Source: a virus
Taxonomy: Duplodnaviria > Caudoviricetes
DNA length: 59,972 nt
Virus record (IMG/VR): IMGVR_UViG_3300041402_000464
Location: 1-59,972 of that record
Direction: 5' to 3' (one strand)
Below the pieces are notes generated by a model. It saw only the letters and a list, made by a program, of their open reading frames with translations. It ran no database searches and was not told where the DNA came from. The position numbers were made by a program, and so were the translations under genes. Positions 47,156-57,200 of the stretch are shown here, piece after piece. How positions within the stretch are numbered: the first letter of the stretch is position 1; each line of letters begins with the position of its first letter.

Positions 47156-48207
47156 TGGCTGATGCGACGCCCATACTGGCGCCCCCATTAATTAACACTA
47201 CATATCTCGACGCGGAGACTGACGGCGATATAGTTGGAGTTGTATTTCAAACTCAATCTGTTCTGGGCGCCTCTCTGGTTGCCCTCCTGTATGTAGTTGA
47301 CTCCGGCAATCATCGTATTCAGGCCTTTGATTATCAGGGGAACTTTAAATTTTCCTTTGGTTCTTTTGGGACCGGCAATGGTGAATTTAATGAGCCTTAT
47401 GGTATCTGCACAGATGGAGAGAAGCTTTACGTTACCGATTCTGGAAATAACCGGGTACAGGTCTTTGATCTGTATGGTGCATATCTCTACCAGTTCGGCA
47501 CCTATGGAACTGCCACGGGAGAATTTGACTCACCCCGTGAGATAGCAACGGAAGGTTTATTCCTTTATGTTGCAGATGAACAGAATCATAGATTCCAAGT
47601 TTTCACAATGGATGGGTTGGATCTTCTCGCCATAGGTACTTTCGGAACTGGAGAGAATCAGTTTGAATACCCATACAATATATCCGTTGATTCTGCCTAT
47701 GTTTATGTAACAGATACCGTCAGAACTCAGACCTTTGCAAAAACATGGATACCCGATGTCTATATGGACATGACGATGCCCATGGATACCATGGAAATGG
47801 TGGCCGATACGAGGTATAGCGAGTTATCTCTTGATATGCCTATGGACACTATGGAAATGGTGGCGATCACGTCTTCTTTAGCCACTATGGATGCTGTCAT
47901 GCCGATGGATGAAATGGCAATAGTGGCTAAAATAGCAACACAGATAGCGATCATGGACGCAATAATGCCTATGGATACCATGAGAGTCACTATGGCTTCG
48001 GGTGTTTTGGTAGAATTTAACGCAGTAATGTCTATGGATACCATGAGAATTAAAATGACAACAGGTAGATTGGCAACATTAAATGCTGTCATGCCCATGG
48101 ATAAAATGGCAATAGAGGCACATCAAAGAGGAGAGGCAACCTTGGACTGTGAGATGCCTATGGATTATATGGATATGACAGCTTATTCAGGGGGGGCTTT
48201 CTGTTGA
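47155..48207 (+). CDS. NHL-repeat protein with Met-rich C-terminal repeats
   Basis: YVVDSGNHRIQAFD...FGSFGTGNGEFNEP repeats; seven MPMD(T)M units. Confidence 0.85.
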   Translation: MADATPILAPPLINTTYLDAETDGDIVGVVFQTQSVLGASLVALLYVVDSGNHRIQAFDYQGNFKFSFGSFGTGNGEFNEPYGICTDGEKLYVTDSGNNRVQVFDLYGAYLYQFGTYGTATGEFDSPREIATEGLFLYVADEQNHRFQVFTMDGLDLLAIGTFGTGENQFEYPYNISVDSAYVYVTDTVRTQTFAKTWIPDVYMDMTMPMDTMEMVADTRYSELSLDMPMDTMEMVAITSSLATMDAVMPMDEMAIVAKIATQIAIMDAIMPMDTMRVTMASGVLVEFNAVMSMDTMRIKMTTGRLATLNAVMPMDKMAIEAHQRGEATLDCEMPMDYMDMTAYSGGAFC

Positions 48208-48662
48208 GCAAAAAAACAATAGTAATGAATGTTAAGAATAGGGGCGTTACTGAATATACGAATTATTGTTTTAATTCCTTTTGCTGTTTTAATGGAAAAT
48301 ATCTTGGAGCAGATAGCAACGGGATATTTGAATTAAGCGGTGATGACGATAATGGAACAGATATTGACGCTCACATAAAGACCGCTACGGCTGATGTAGG
48401 CAAAGGCCAACCAAAGAAACTCAGGGATGCGTGGATATTCGCTCGAAAAGGTCTTATGACTTTCACCGTTATAGCTGATGAGGACAACGAATTTACTTAC
48501 AATGCCGACGTAGAAAATAGTAAGATCCACGAAGAAAGGGTGAAGATTGGCCGGGGCATTAAAGGCAGGGGCTTTAGTTTTATACTGGCAAACGTAGACG
48601 GTAGTGATTTTGATATAGATAGTGTTACCGTTTTAACCGACAACATAAGAAGAGCGAGGTAA
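48204..48662 (+). CDS. Conserved tail-associated protein
   Basis: VTEYTNYCFNSF...YLGADSNGIFELSGDDDNG...RVKIGRGIKGR. Confidence 0.7.
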   Translation: MSKKTIVMNVKNRGVTEYTNYCFNSFCCFNGKYLGADSNGIFELSGDDDNGTDIDAHIKTATADVGKGQPKKLRDAWIFARKGLMTFTVIADEDNEFTYNADVENSKIHEERVKIGRGIKGRGFSFILANVDGSDFDIDSVTVLTDNIRRAR

Positions 48663-48668
48663 AACATT

Positions 48669-50144
48669 ATGGCTGATGCAGCAGAAGTAGATGCTTTAGT
48701 AGAAGAAAAGATCACCCAGATGGACACCATTTCAACAACTGCGTTGGAAGGCGCTCAGGTCTTCCTTGAGGGTATGCTTGGAGCAATGCCAAGGACGCCA
48801 TCATATGAATTTATCTCTGAAATGCCGCTTGATATGCTGGGAGATCCTATTGATGCAGATGAACCCGAAAGACCCAACATAGACAATCTGGTAGATAGTA
48901 CTGCCTTACCTGATACGGAAGCTATTGTTTTCCCTGATCTTCCCGATGATGAAGATACGGAATTACCGGCAAAGATTATCTTGGAAGATATTGCTACCCC
49001 TGACGATATCAATGTAGAGATAATAACGTTAGATCCTTCCTTGGTTTTTCCTGTAGATACAATGACTGATTCAGATGTCAGTCCTTTTGATTATACTGAA
49101 CTGGAATATCAATCAGATTTACTTGAATCCATTAAAGCCAAGTTTCTTGCCGAGGTAGAAGAAGGGAGTACTGGCCTTACCCCCGAAGCAGAAGCAGCAC
49201 TTTACACATTAAGGGATGAGCGCGATGAGGAAAAATTCGACGATGATCTTACAGCAATAAAAGATGAGTGGTCTCAAAACCTTTTTGGTTTACCAAACGG
49301 TTCACTACAGGCAGCTATAGATGATCATTACCATGAGTATTTTCTTCACAAATTGGACAAGGCAAGAGAAGTTCAGGTTAAGCAGTTCGATTTAATCCAA
49401 GCCAATACACATTTTACTTTAACAACGGCTGTCAATCTTGAGGCTCAGTTAATACAGCATGCAGATAATGTAGCAAACAGGGCTTTAGAGGCTGCAAAGT
49501 CTGTTGTTAATCTAGGGATAGCCCTATTTAACGTACAGTTACTACGATATCAAACGGCACTTGAGGCATATAGAACCGGCGTACAGGTCTTTGTGGAAGA
49601 GTTAAGAGCCGAAGGACTTAAGGTTCAAAACTATACAGCCCAGATGCAAGGAGCTAAAGTTAAGGCTGACGTTCAAGGGCAAAGGATTTCAAATTATACC
49701 GCGCAGATATCCGCTGTGAGTGAGATTTATAATAACTACAAGGTTCAAGTGGAAGCTGCAGGCGTTAAAGCCACCGTCGAGGCCGAGAAGTTAAGGGCCT
49801 TTAAGATCAAGGTGGAGGCAGAGGTTGACAAGGTAAGGGCTCTTGTTGCTATCTACGAGGCAGATACAAGCAGGTATAGAGCAAACGTAAGTAAGGGTTC
49901 GGTAGAGGCAGAATTGAGACTTAGGCAACAAGACCTTATCTCTCGCAACCATGAGGGTAATCTTAAAATTGCAACTGAGACTGCCAGGATGAATCTTGAC
50001 GCTCTTGCTAAAAACTCTCAAATGATAATTAACGCTTCGCTTGGTGGTGCAAGGAATTACTCAATACTTGCCTCAGCCGCGATGGATTCAATTAATTCAG
50101 TGGTACAGCTTGGGTCTACTTCAAGCGTATCAGCAACCGAATAG
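48669..50144 (+). CDS. Internal virion/tail-associated helical protein
   Basis: Acidic Pro-rich N-half, long helical C-half. Confidence 0.65.
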   Translation: MADAAEVDALVEEKITQMDTISTTALEGAQVFLEGMLGAMPRTPSYEFISEMPLDMLGDPIDADEPERPNIDNLVDSTALPDTEAIVFPDLPDDEDTELPAKIILEDIATPDDINVEIITLDPSLVFPVDTMTDSDVSPFDYTELEYQSDLLESIKAKFLAEVEEGSTGLTPEAEAALYTLRDERDEEKFDDDLTAIKDEWSQNLFGLPNGSLQAAIDDHYHEYFLHKLDKAREVQVKQFDLIQANTHFTLTTAVNLEAQLIQHADNVANRALEAAKSVVNLGIALFNVQLLRYQTALEAYRTGVQVFVEELRAEGLKVQNYTAQMQGAKVKADVQGQRISNYTAQISAVSEIYNNYKVQVEAAGVKATVEAEKLRAFKIKVEAEVDKVRALVAIYEADTSRYRANVSKGSVEAELRLRQQDLISRNHEGNLKIATETARMNLDALAKNSQMIINASLGGARNYSILASAAMDSINSVVQLGSTSSVSATE

Positions 50145-50154
50145 ATAAAGGGAG

Positions 50155-51240
50155 GTGACAGGGATGCCATCACATTATAATGATGAAAAAAAGAGATCGA
50201 GGCTTCCGGGACTTAAGCCAGGGGAAGCGCTTACCACGGCAGGCCCAGGTTTAGAGGCAGTTAAAAAAGTAGTTGGCGGTGTAACTGGAGCTATAACTGG
50301 TGGTGAACCAGTAACGCCCTATAGAGGTTATGGTCTAGGGGAAAAAAGAGGTATGGGCTTTATGGAAGCCGGTATACCTATCCCAGAAGATCAGGCAGGG
50401 GTAATGCAAACTATGCCTACTAAACCTGTTGCCTTGGGGGGTATTTCACCAAAAACACCGGGCGTAGTAGATATAACGCCACCAATGGGCGGTGGAGCAG
50501 GAGCTATACCAGGTGCCATGCCTACCGGTCCAGTTGATCTCACGCCTAGATTGGGAGAAATAGAGGCAGGGGTTGAAGGTGCATTACCGGCTGCTTTCGA
50601 TACAGAAAAAGCACATAGGTTGGGGATGGAGAGATATGGAGAAGGGCAGGTTTATCTTCCTCCCGGACAGCGATCAAGATATGCCGATATCATGGATAGT
50701 GTTCTTGGTCCTGCCCCTACCCCTCCGGCTGGCGCAGCCCGACCAATAACAGAAGGGATACCATCTGAAATTACGCCTCCGGCAAGAAGTGGTAATGCAA
50801 TGGTTGACTTATTCCGTTGGGTGTCACACAATAAACGTCTCCAGCAACAAAACAAACAAATGGCCGAGCAGAAACGGTTGAACCTTGAGGCACAGAAGTA
50901 CGAAGGCGAGCAGGAATTTAAAGAGAAAAAGCTTGTCTCTGAGGAAAAGGGTAGGAAAGGAGCATTAGATTTAAGTAGAAGAAAGGCCATCGCCACAGAA
51001 GCTAAAGGGGCTGTAAAGCTAGACCCTTTCGTAAAAAGAGCTAGGGATATTGCCTTAAAGAAAAATCCTGATTTTGCGTACTTGCCTAAAGAGGAACAAG
51101 ATACTATAATACTCCAAGAGATCGAGCGTACCCAGAAGCTACACGGGCAAGATAAAAAGCCAAAGCCCAAAGAAGGGGATACGAAAACGCTTGGAGACAA
51201 AGAATATAAGAAAGTCAACGGTAAGTGGATGGAGGTATAA
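50155..51240 (+). CDS. Internal virion (ejection) protein, putative
   Basis: Gly/Pro-rich then coiled-coil; precedes giant gene. Confidence 0.6.
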   Translation: MTGMPSHYNDEKKRSRLPGLKPGEALTTAGPGLEAVKKVVGGVTGAITGGEPVTPYRGYGLGEKRGMGFMEAGIPIPEDQAGVMQTMPTKPVALGGISPKTPGVVDITPPMGGGAGAIPGAMPTGPVDLTPRLGEIEAGVEGALPAAFDTEKAHRLGMERYGEGQVYLPPGQRSRYADIMDSVLGPAPTPPAGAARPITEGIPSEITPPARSGNAMVDLFRWVSHNKRLQQQNKQMAEQKRLNLEAQKYEGEQEFKEKKLVSEEKGRKGALDLSRRKAIATEAKGAVKLDPFVKRARDIALKKNPDFAYLPKEEQDTIILQEIERTQKLHGQDKKPKPKEGDTKTLGDKEYKKVNGKWMEV

Positions 51241-54200
51241 TTGAAGGAAGTCACTGACCCTAATATATTAAGCCAGCTTGACGCCGAAGAACCAGCAGGG
51301 AAGGAAGTCACCGACCCTGCTATTATTTCTCAACTTGATGCAGGAACGCCAACCGGTAAACCTGTAACAGATCCCAATATATTAAGTCAACTTGAAGCGC
51401 CCTCCCCAGAATTATCAGAACCTAATAGACTTCGGGCTAAGTATGGTTTTCCTCCTATTGAAGATGTGCCGGCTGCTATCCCAGAACCGGGATATGACGT
51501 TCTTGGCGGGGTGGCTGATATAGGTAAGCTCTTATATGATATCCCTATTCAAACTAAAGGTGCCATAGCTCGACTTGCCGAAGAAGAAGATCCTCTTGCT
51601 ACAATCGATTGGCGCGATAGATGGGTTGAAGAGGCCGGGGCCAGAACAGAAAAAAGAATAGAAGAGCTTGGCGAAAAAGGCGAAGAGAAGGTTTTACCTT
51701 GGGTTACAAGAGGTGATATAGCTGAAACATCTGGAAGTACCGGATTCTCTCTTGCAAGTATGGCCGCTGGTGCGGCTGGTGCTGGTGCTGGTTTTATTTC
51801 GCCTGTTCCTGGTGGAGCCGCAATAGGTATGTTGGGCGCCTCGGGTGCGGCAGCCTACAAAATGGATAAGACTGCCTTTACCGCCGATCTGTTTGCTGCT
51901 ACAGAAAATGCTCTTGGCAGAAAAATGACTCCGGTTGAACGCAAAGAGTTACTTGAAAAAACAGCAGATGCAAGAGAAAGCCATGCACTTTGGGAAGCTG
52001 GGCCAGAAGCAATAGGTAATCTTCTTTCTATAGTTGGAGTGGGTCAGATATTTAAAGCGGCAGGTGGTAAAAATGTTATAAAGAAAATCGTCAAAGGTCT
52101 TGCTGGGATATATGGTGGAGAACTTACCACTGAGACTGTTACACAGATTGGACAACAACGAGCCGAAGTAGCCGCTGGTTTGTCAGACGAAGAAGCACGT
52201 TCCTTTTTATCTCTCGAAGATATAGCAACTTCATTTAAGGAAATCGCACCATCCGTAACAGTCTTGTCCTCCCTTATGGCTGGTGGTGGCGCTGTTGCTG
52301 GCGGTGTAAGTAGACAGTTAAAAAAGAAAAAAGAAGAGGCAATCCCCTCCCCTGCCCCCATAGAAGGTCAAGACACCGTTGATGCAGCCATAACAGAAGA
52401 CATCAGAAAACCTACCACGGATGAACTGGTAGAAGAGGCATATCAAAGACAGCAAGCCGCTAGACCTGCCGAGGCTATCCCTGAAAAAGAAACCGATATA
52501 CAGACACTTTTAAGAGAGATCAAGGAAGCGAAGGCCGAAGAAGCAGCACCCGGCAAAAGAGCCAAGGTTCAAGAACTTGTTGAGGAAGCTCACATTAAAC
52601 AGCAGGCCATCCCCACGGAAGCTATTGACTCTCAAGAAACCGTTGACGAGCAGATCAGGGAAGATATAACCAGAGAACCCACCGAAGAAGAAGGGTTGGA
52701 AGAGATCGGACCTGTTGAGGTTTTCCGTGTAGACAATGCCAGCGGTGCTAAAAGAGATCATTTCACTTTTGTCGGTCCCAATGCAAGGGCTGTAGCAGAG
52801 AGGGAAGCCGCGAAACTTGCCACAGCAGAAGGGCAACCTCAAAAGGTTTATGCTGTTCCCCCAGAAGAGGTTTTTGATAAAGGCGGTGTTAAGGTAGGCG
52901 AGTGGGCTCCTGGTGCTGATGTTTATGAAAACAAAGAAAAACTTGATACGGCCAAATTTGAAGCTGTGACAGATGCTATACAGCCTATGTCCGATGAAAG
53001 GATAAGGTCTTTAAATCGACTTAGAGCTATAAAGCAAAGCCCTGAACAGGCAGAAGCAGCAGCGCAGCGTCTTGGAGTAGATAGTTCAGAGATTGTTACA
53101 GCAGCCGAGAACATAGAAAAAAACGGTATGCCTACCAATGATATAGAGAGAGCCCTTGTCAATCTTGCATGGGCCGATGAACTTACCGAACAGGCACAGG
53201 TAGAGGCACCAGCTCCAATAGAAGAAGCGCCGATACAGGCAGCACTTCCTTTTGCTCCCGAAGCGGAGGCTGTGACTCCCGTTGCTCCCGAAATTGAAGA
53301 GATCGAGAGGCCAGCAGGTGTCTTCGATGATCTCTTTGCGGAAGCCAAAAAACCAAAGGCGCCTAAAAAGGTGAAAGCGGAGATCGCGGCTATCCCCACT
53401 AAAAAACCTGTCAAGGCAGAGATAGTGGGCGAGGTTTACGCAGGAGAGAAGGACGGATATAAGCTTTATGTTGATGAGGCCGCTGGTAAGAGGATTATTG
53501 AGCATCCATCTGGATCAAGGCTTGTAGAGACCACTAAAGACGGCAAGAAGACCGTTGAGGTGATCGGCAGCGCAGATGATTTTGGCAAAAGGACCACTGT
53601 TCAGGAATTGGACGACGCCAGGGAGTTAGGTGTTTCACTGGAAGCCAGGAGGCCGGAAGCTGACACCGGCATCTCTAAGCCTACGCGCGATAGTAGTCCT
53701 GCCGACACCAAATTGTTTGGCGATATTTCTAATGCTGAGGCCATCAGAGTACAAGGATTTAAGTCTCTCGACAGGGAGAGGCAACATATGGTGGTCTCTA
53801 GTATGGTTTCCGCGCTTCACGAGAAGAAGATTCTCGATTTTATTATTGAGACCGTTCCCATCAATGTGATGAACAGCCTCATCGGAAAGAAGTTTTCTGC
53901 CAAGGGATTGCTCGATAACCCAGCGATGCTCACCGATAGGCTTGCCATCCCGAGTAACAAAGCGATACCGATGCCTGTAATCAGATTTATTGATTCTTTG
54001 GCGTCCTCGCTCAAAGGTGGACTTACACGCCTTGGTGCAAAAAAATCTAGTTTGATTTTCCCTGTAACCCCAAGCGGTGCTATAGTTGATACCACAATTA
54101 GTGCAGACCAAGACCCTGCTAGACCTGTAACTAGATTGGCACGTCTTGGAGCAGAAGAACTTGATTTGCCCAGACCTGATACGACCATTCCTTCTACTGA

Positions 54201-57200
54201 AGCTATTTCCACAGGTAGAACACACAAGGATTCTCAAATTCATACCTCCGTTATAAACGAACAAGTTGTTAATGTAGATATTAACCCAACCGAAGCCCAA
54301 AAGCAAGCGGGAAATTATCTAAAAGGGACGCTCAATATTCAAGGTCTTAATATTACTATTGAGAATCCTAAAGGTTCCGAGCGCACAGGGAAAGAGGATG
54401 GCGATACATGGACATCCAAGATGCACGTTGACTACGGATACATCAAGGAGTCAGAAGGCGCAGACGGGGAGCACGTGGACGTTTATATCGGCCCTAATCC
54501 TGAAAGCGAAACTGCCTATGCAGTTCACCAGATAGAGCCTGAAACGGGCAAATACGATGAAGACAAGGTAATGATCGGCTTTGATTCCCAGGAGGAGGCA
54601 GAGGCCGCTTACCGGAAGCAGTACGACCAAGGCAAGAAGGATAAGCCAAACAGGATAGGCGCTGTTACCTCTATTGCCATAGAATCTCTCAAGGAGAAGA
54701 TTAAGGCTGATGAAGTTATTGGCGAAGAAGCTATTAAGCAGATTGAGTTTAAACCAGAGGTGGTCAAGGAAGAGGTGGCTGCTCCAACTAAAGAGAAAGT
54801 TCCGGCTCCCCCTTCTCTTCCTTTAACTCAAGAAGGCGATATACTCACCAAGTCTGGTAATCCTTTTAAAACAAGGTCAGCAGCAATAACCGGTATAGTT
54901 GCCAACAAGAAACAAGATCAGGGCTATGTTCCCATAGAGGTCGAAGGTGGTTGGGTAGCAAGATCGGAAAAAGTAGCGCCTAAATTAAAGATCGAGTCCA
55001 TTAAAGCAGAACATGATGGTGAACCTGTTACCAAGACTGAAACAAAAGATATCCTTGATGATGCCAAAGAAGAGGCAAAAGATGAAGGCATTACTCCTGC
55101 GGGACAAAAAACTTTTCTTCTTTCCGAGATTGATGATGGATTAAAGGAAGCTCCAAGCGAGTCTGAATTAGAGGGCGTGGCTCCCAGAGATTATGGCAGG
55201 GTAAAGATCGAAGTTCCCGGAGATGGCACTTTTAACATCATCAATACTAAAGAAGCCCTTACGGAGTTCAAGTCTCTTGTCAAAAAGAACTTCCCCGGCA
55301 AAGAAGCGGCCAAGAAGGTGGCAAAGAGATTTGTGCCTCCTAAGCCTACAGCAGGTAAAGCAAAGGCTCTTAAAGATGTAAGACAAGGTATCTATGAAGG
55401 CAAACCTTACCATACTGATGGGCATGTAATCCTTCTTACAAAGCCTGCTCTCAAACCCAAACAGATAGACGATTCTCGCTGGGAAGACAGACCCACTATT
55501 GATGCCAGTATAATAAAAGATTTAATTCCAAAAAAGGGCGACAAGGTTACAGATATTGAATTTGTCGCTTATGAGGCGGGTGAAAGCCAGAGCATATCTA
55601 ACCTGCCTATACCTGATCTGAGGGAAGATAAGCGATTCACTGGCGCACCGAAGGCCCGTCTTATCAGTGAAAAAGGTGAAGTTTATATTGGGCAAGACTA
55701 TTATAATTATGTCCTGAGACATTTTCCTGATGCCACCTTTCATACTACCGATGAAGTAAGTCCTGTCTTGGTCAAGGATGGCAAAAAAACAGTAGGGATA
55801 GTTATGCCTATTCGCATTGAAGCCGCAGAAGTTGGAGTTAAAGAAGTTCGGATACCGAAGGAAGTTCCCGAAGCTGTGATGTTTAGCCGCGCCGAGGCAG
55901 ATAACATCATCCAAGATAAAACCGAAACTCAAGTACAGATAAATAATCAGTGGTTCCATAAGAGGATGGTTGAAGAGCAAGGATATAATTTTGATGATCT
56001 GAAAATAGGCGAAGAAACAGCCTTTGCTCAAATAGAAAAGAAACCTCCCATAATAACTGAAGCAAGTAAAGTTGTTCCAGCTGAACTTGATACGAGTGAA
56101 TATTCCAAAATATTCAAAGATTCGGATAGTGTTCAAGATCATAATGCCAAGGTAGAAATTCATGAAACGCTAATGACTGGCGGCTTGATGACTGTTGATA
56201 CCTTGATGAATTTGCGAGATCTGAGCGAGAATCTTGAATATGACCTTGAAAGAGTTGGAGATAAAAGGTATATAAGTGAAATTATAGCAGAACATGAAGG
56301 TGAAGAGATTAAAGATGAAATTCCTACACCTCCCGAAGATGTATTTGAAGCGGCCAAGCTTTCTAAAGGAATAACAGATGACATTATGGAGGCAGGTTAC
56401 GTTCTTCCCGATGGAACCTTGTTGGATTTTTCTGGGAAAAGAGATGGTGGCCCAGCGGGAGAAAGAGCCGAAGATCATAGACAACTTGGTTTTGATATTA
56501 TCGGTGATTTTTCTCAGTTTTACAGTGGTGAAATGATAGCCTTCCAGAAGGCCGGTGCCGCAAGAATTGATGCAAATTCTGGTATGATCGATTTGGAAAT
56601 ATTGCCAACAACGGCACAACTTTCCACTATAAGAGAAGTCTTGGAAATAAAAGGTGAAGGCTATATAGATTTACAGGATGGAACTCGGACAACACATCTT
56701 GATATACAGAACCCAAGCAGAGCCGCTGGGCTTATAAAGCGTTTTTATGCCGGTGAGGATGTTGGCGGTAAGCCAGTATTTAAAAAGAAAGACTTTCTCG
56801 GAGAGGGCCTGCCGGTAGAAAAAATTAAAGAAGTCCCGTTGAAGGCTGATATAGAAGCCGCTGTTGATATCATCACTACGAAGTGGAAAAACAGAGATAT
56901 TACGACTGTGAGCAGGATGAATCAACTACCTTCTCATCTCCATGATGCCGTTATTGCGGCCAAGGGGAAGAAAGATGTTGAGGGAATATTCGACCCTGAG
57001 ACCGGAAGAGTTTATCTGATAGCTGAAAATATAGATTCGCTTGAGAGGGCTAAGACTGTTTTATTCCATGAATCCCTTGGGCACTTCGGGATAAGAGGCT
57101 TATTAGGGAAAGACATTACTCCTGTGCTTAATCAGGTCTATATCAAATACCGTGCTGAGGCCCAGAAGATTGCCACAAAGTATAAGTTCGACCTCTCCAA

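Noticed and set aside
47761-48190. DGR template/variable repeat pair
   Set aside because: Repeats are protein-level tandem units without adenine-specific differences; no reverse transcriptase seen.
53635-54306. Intein or group I intron carrying the HNH
   Set aside because: The HNH is on the opposite strand, the host frame is open, and no C/S...HN intein ends or intron core were seen.
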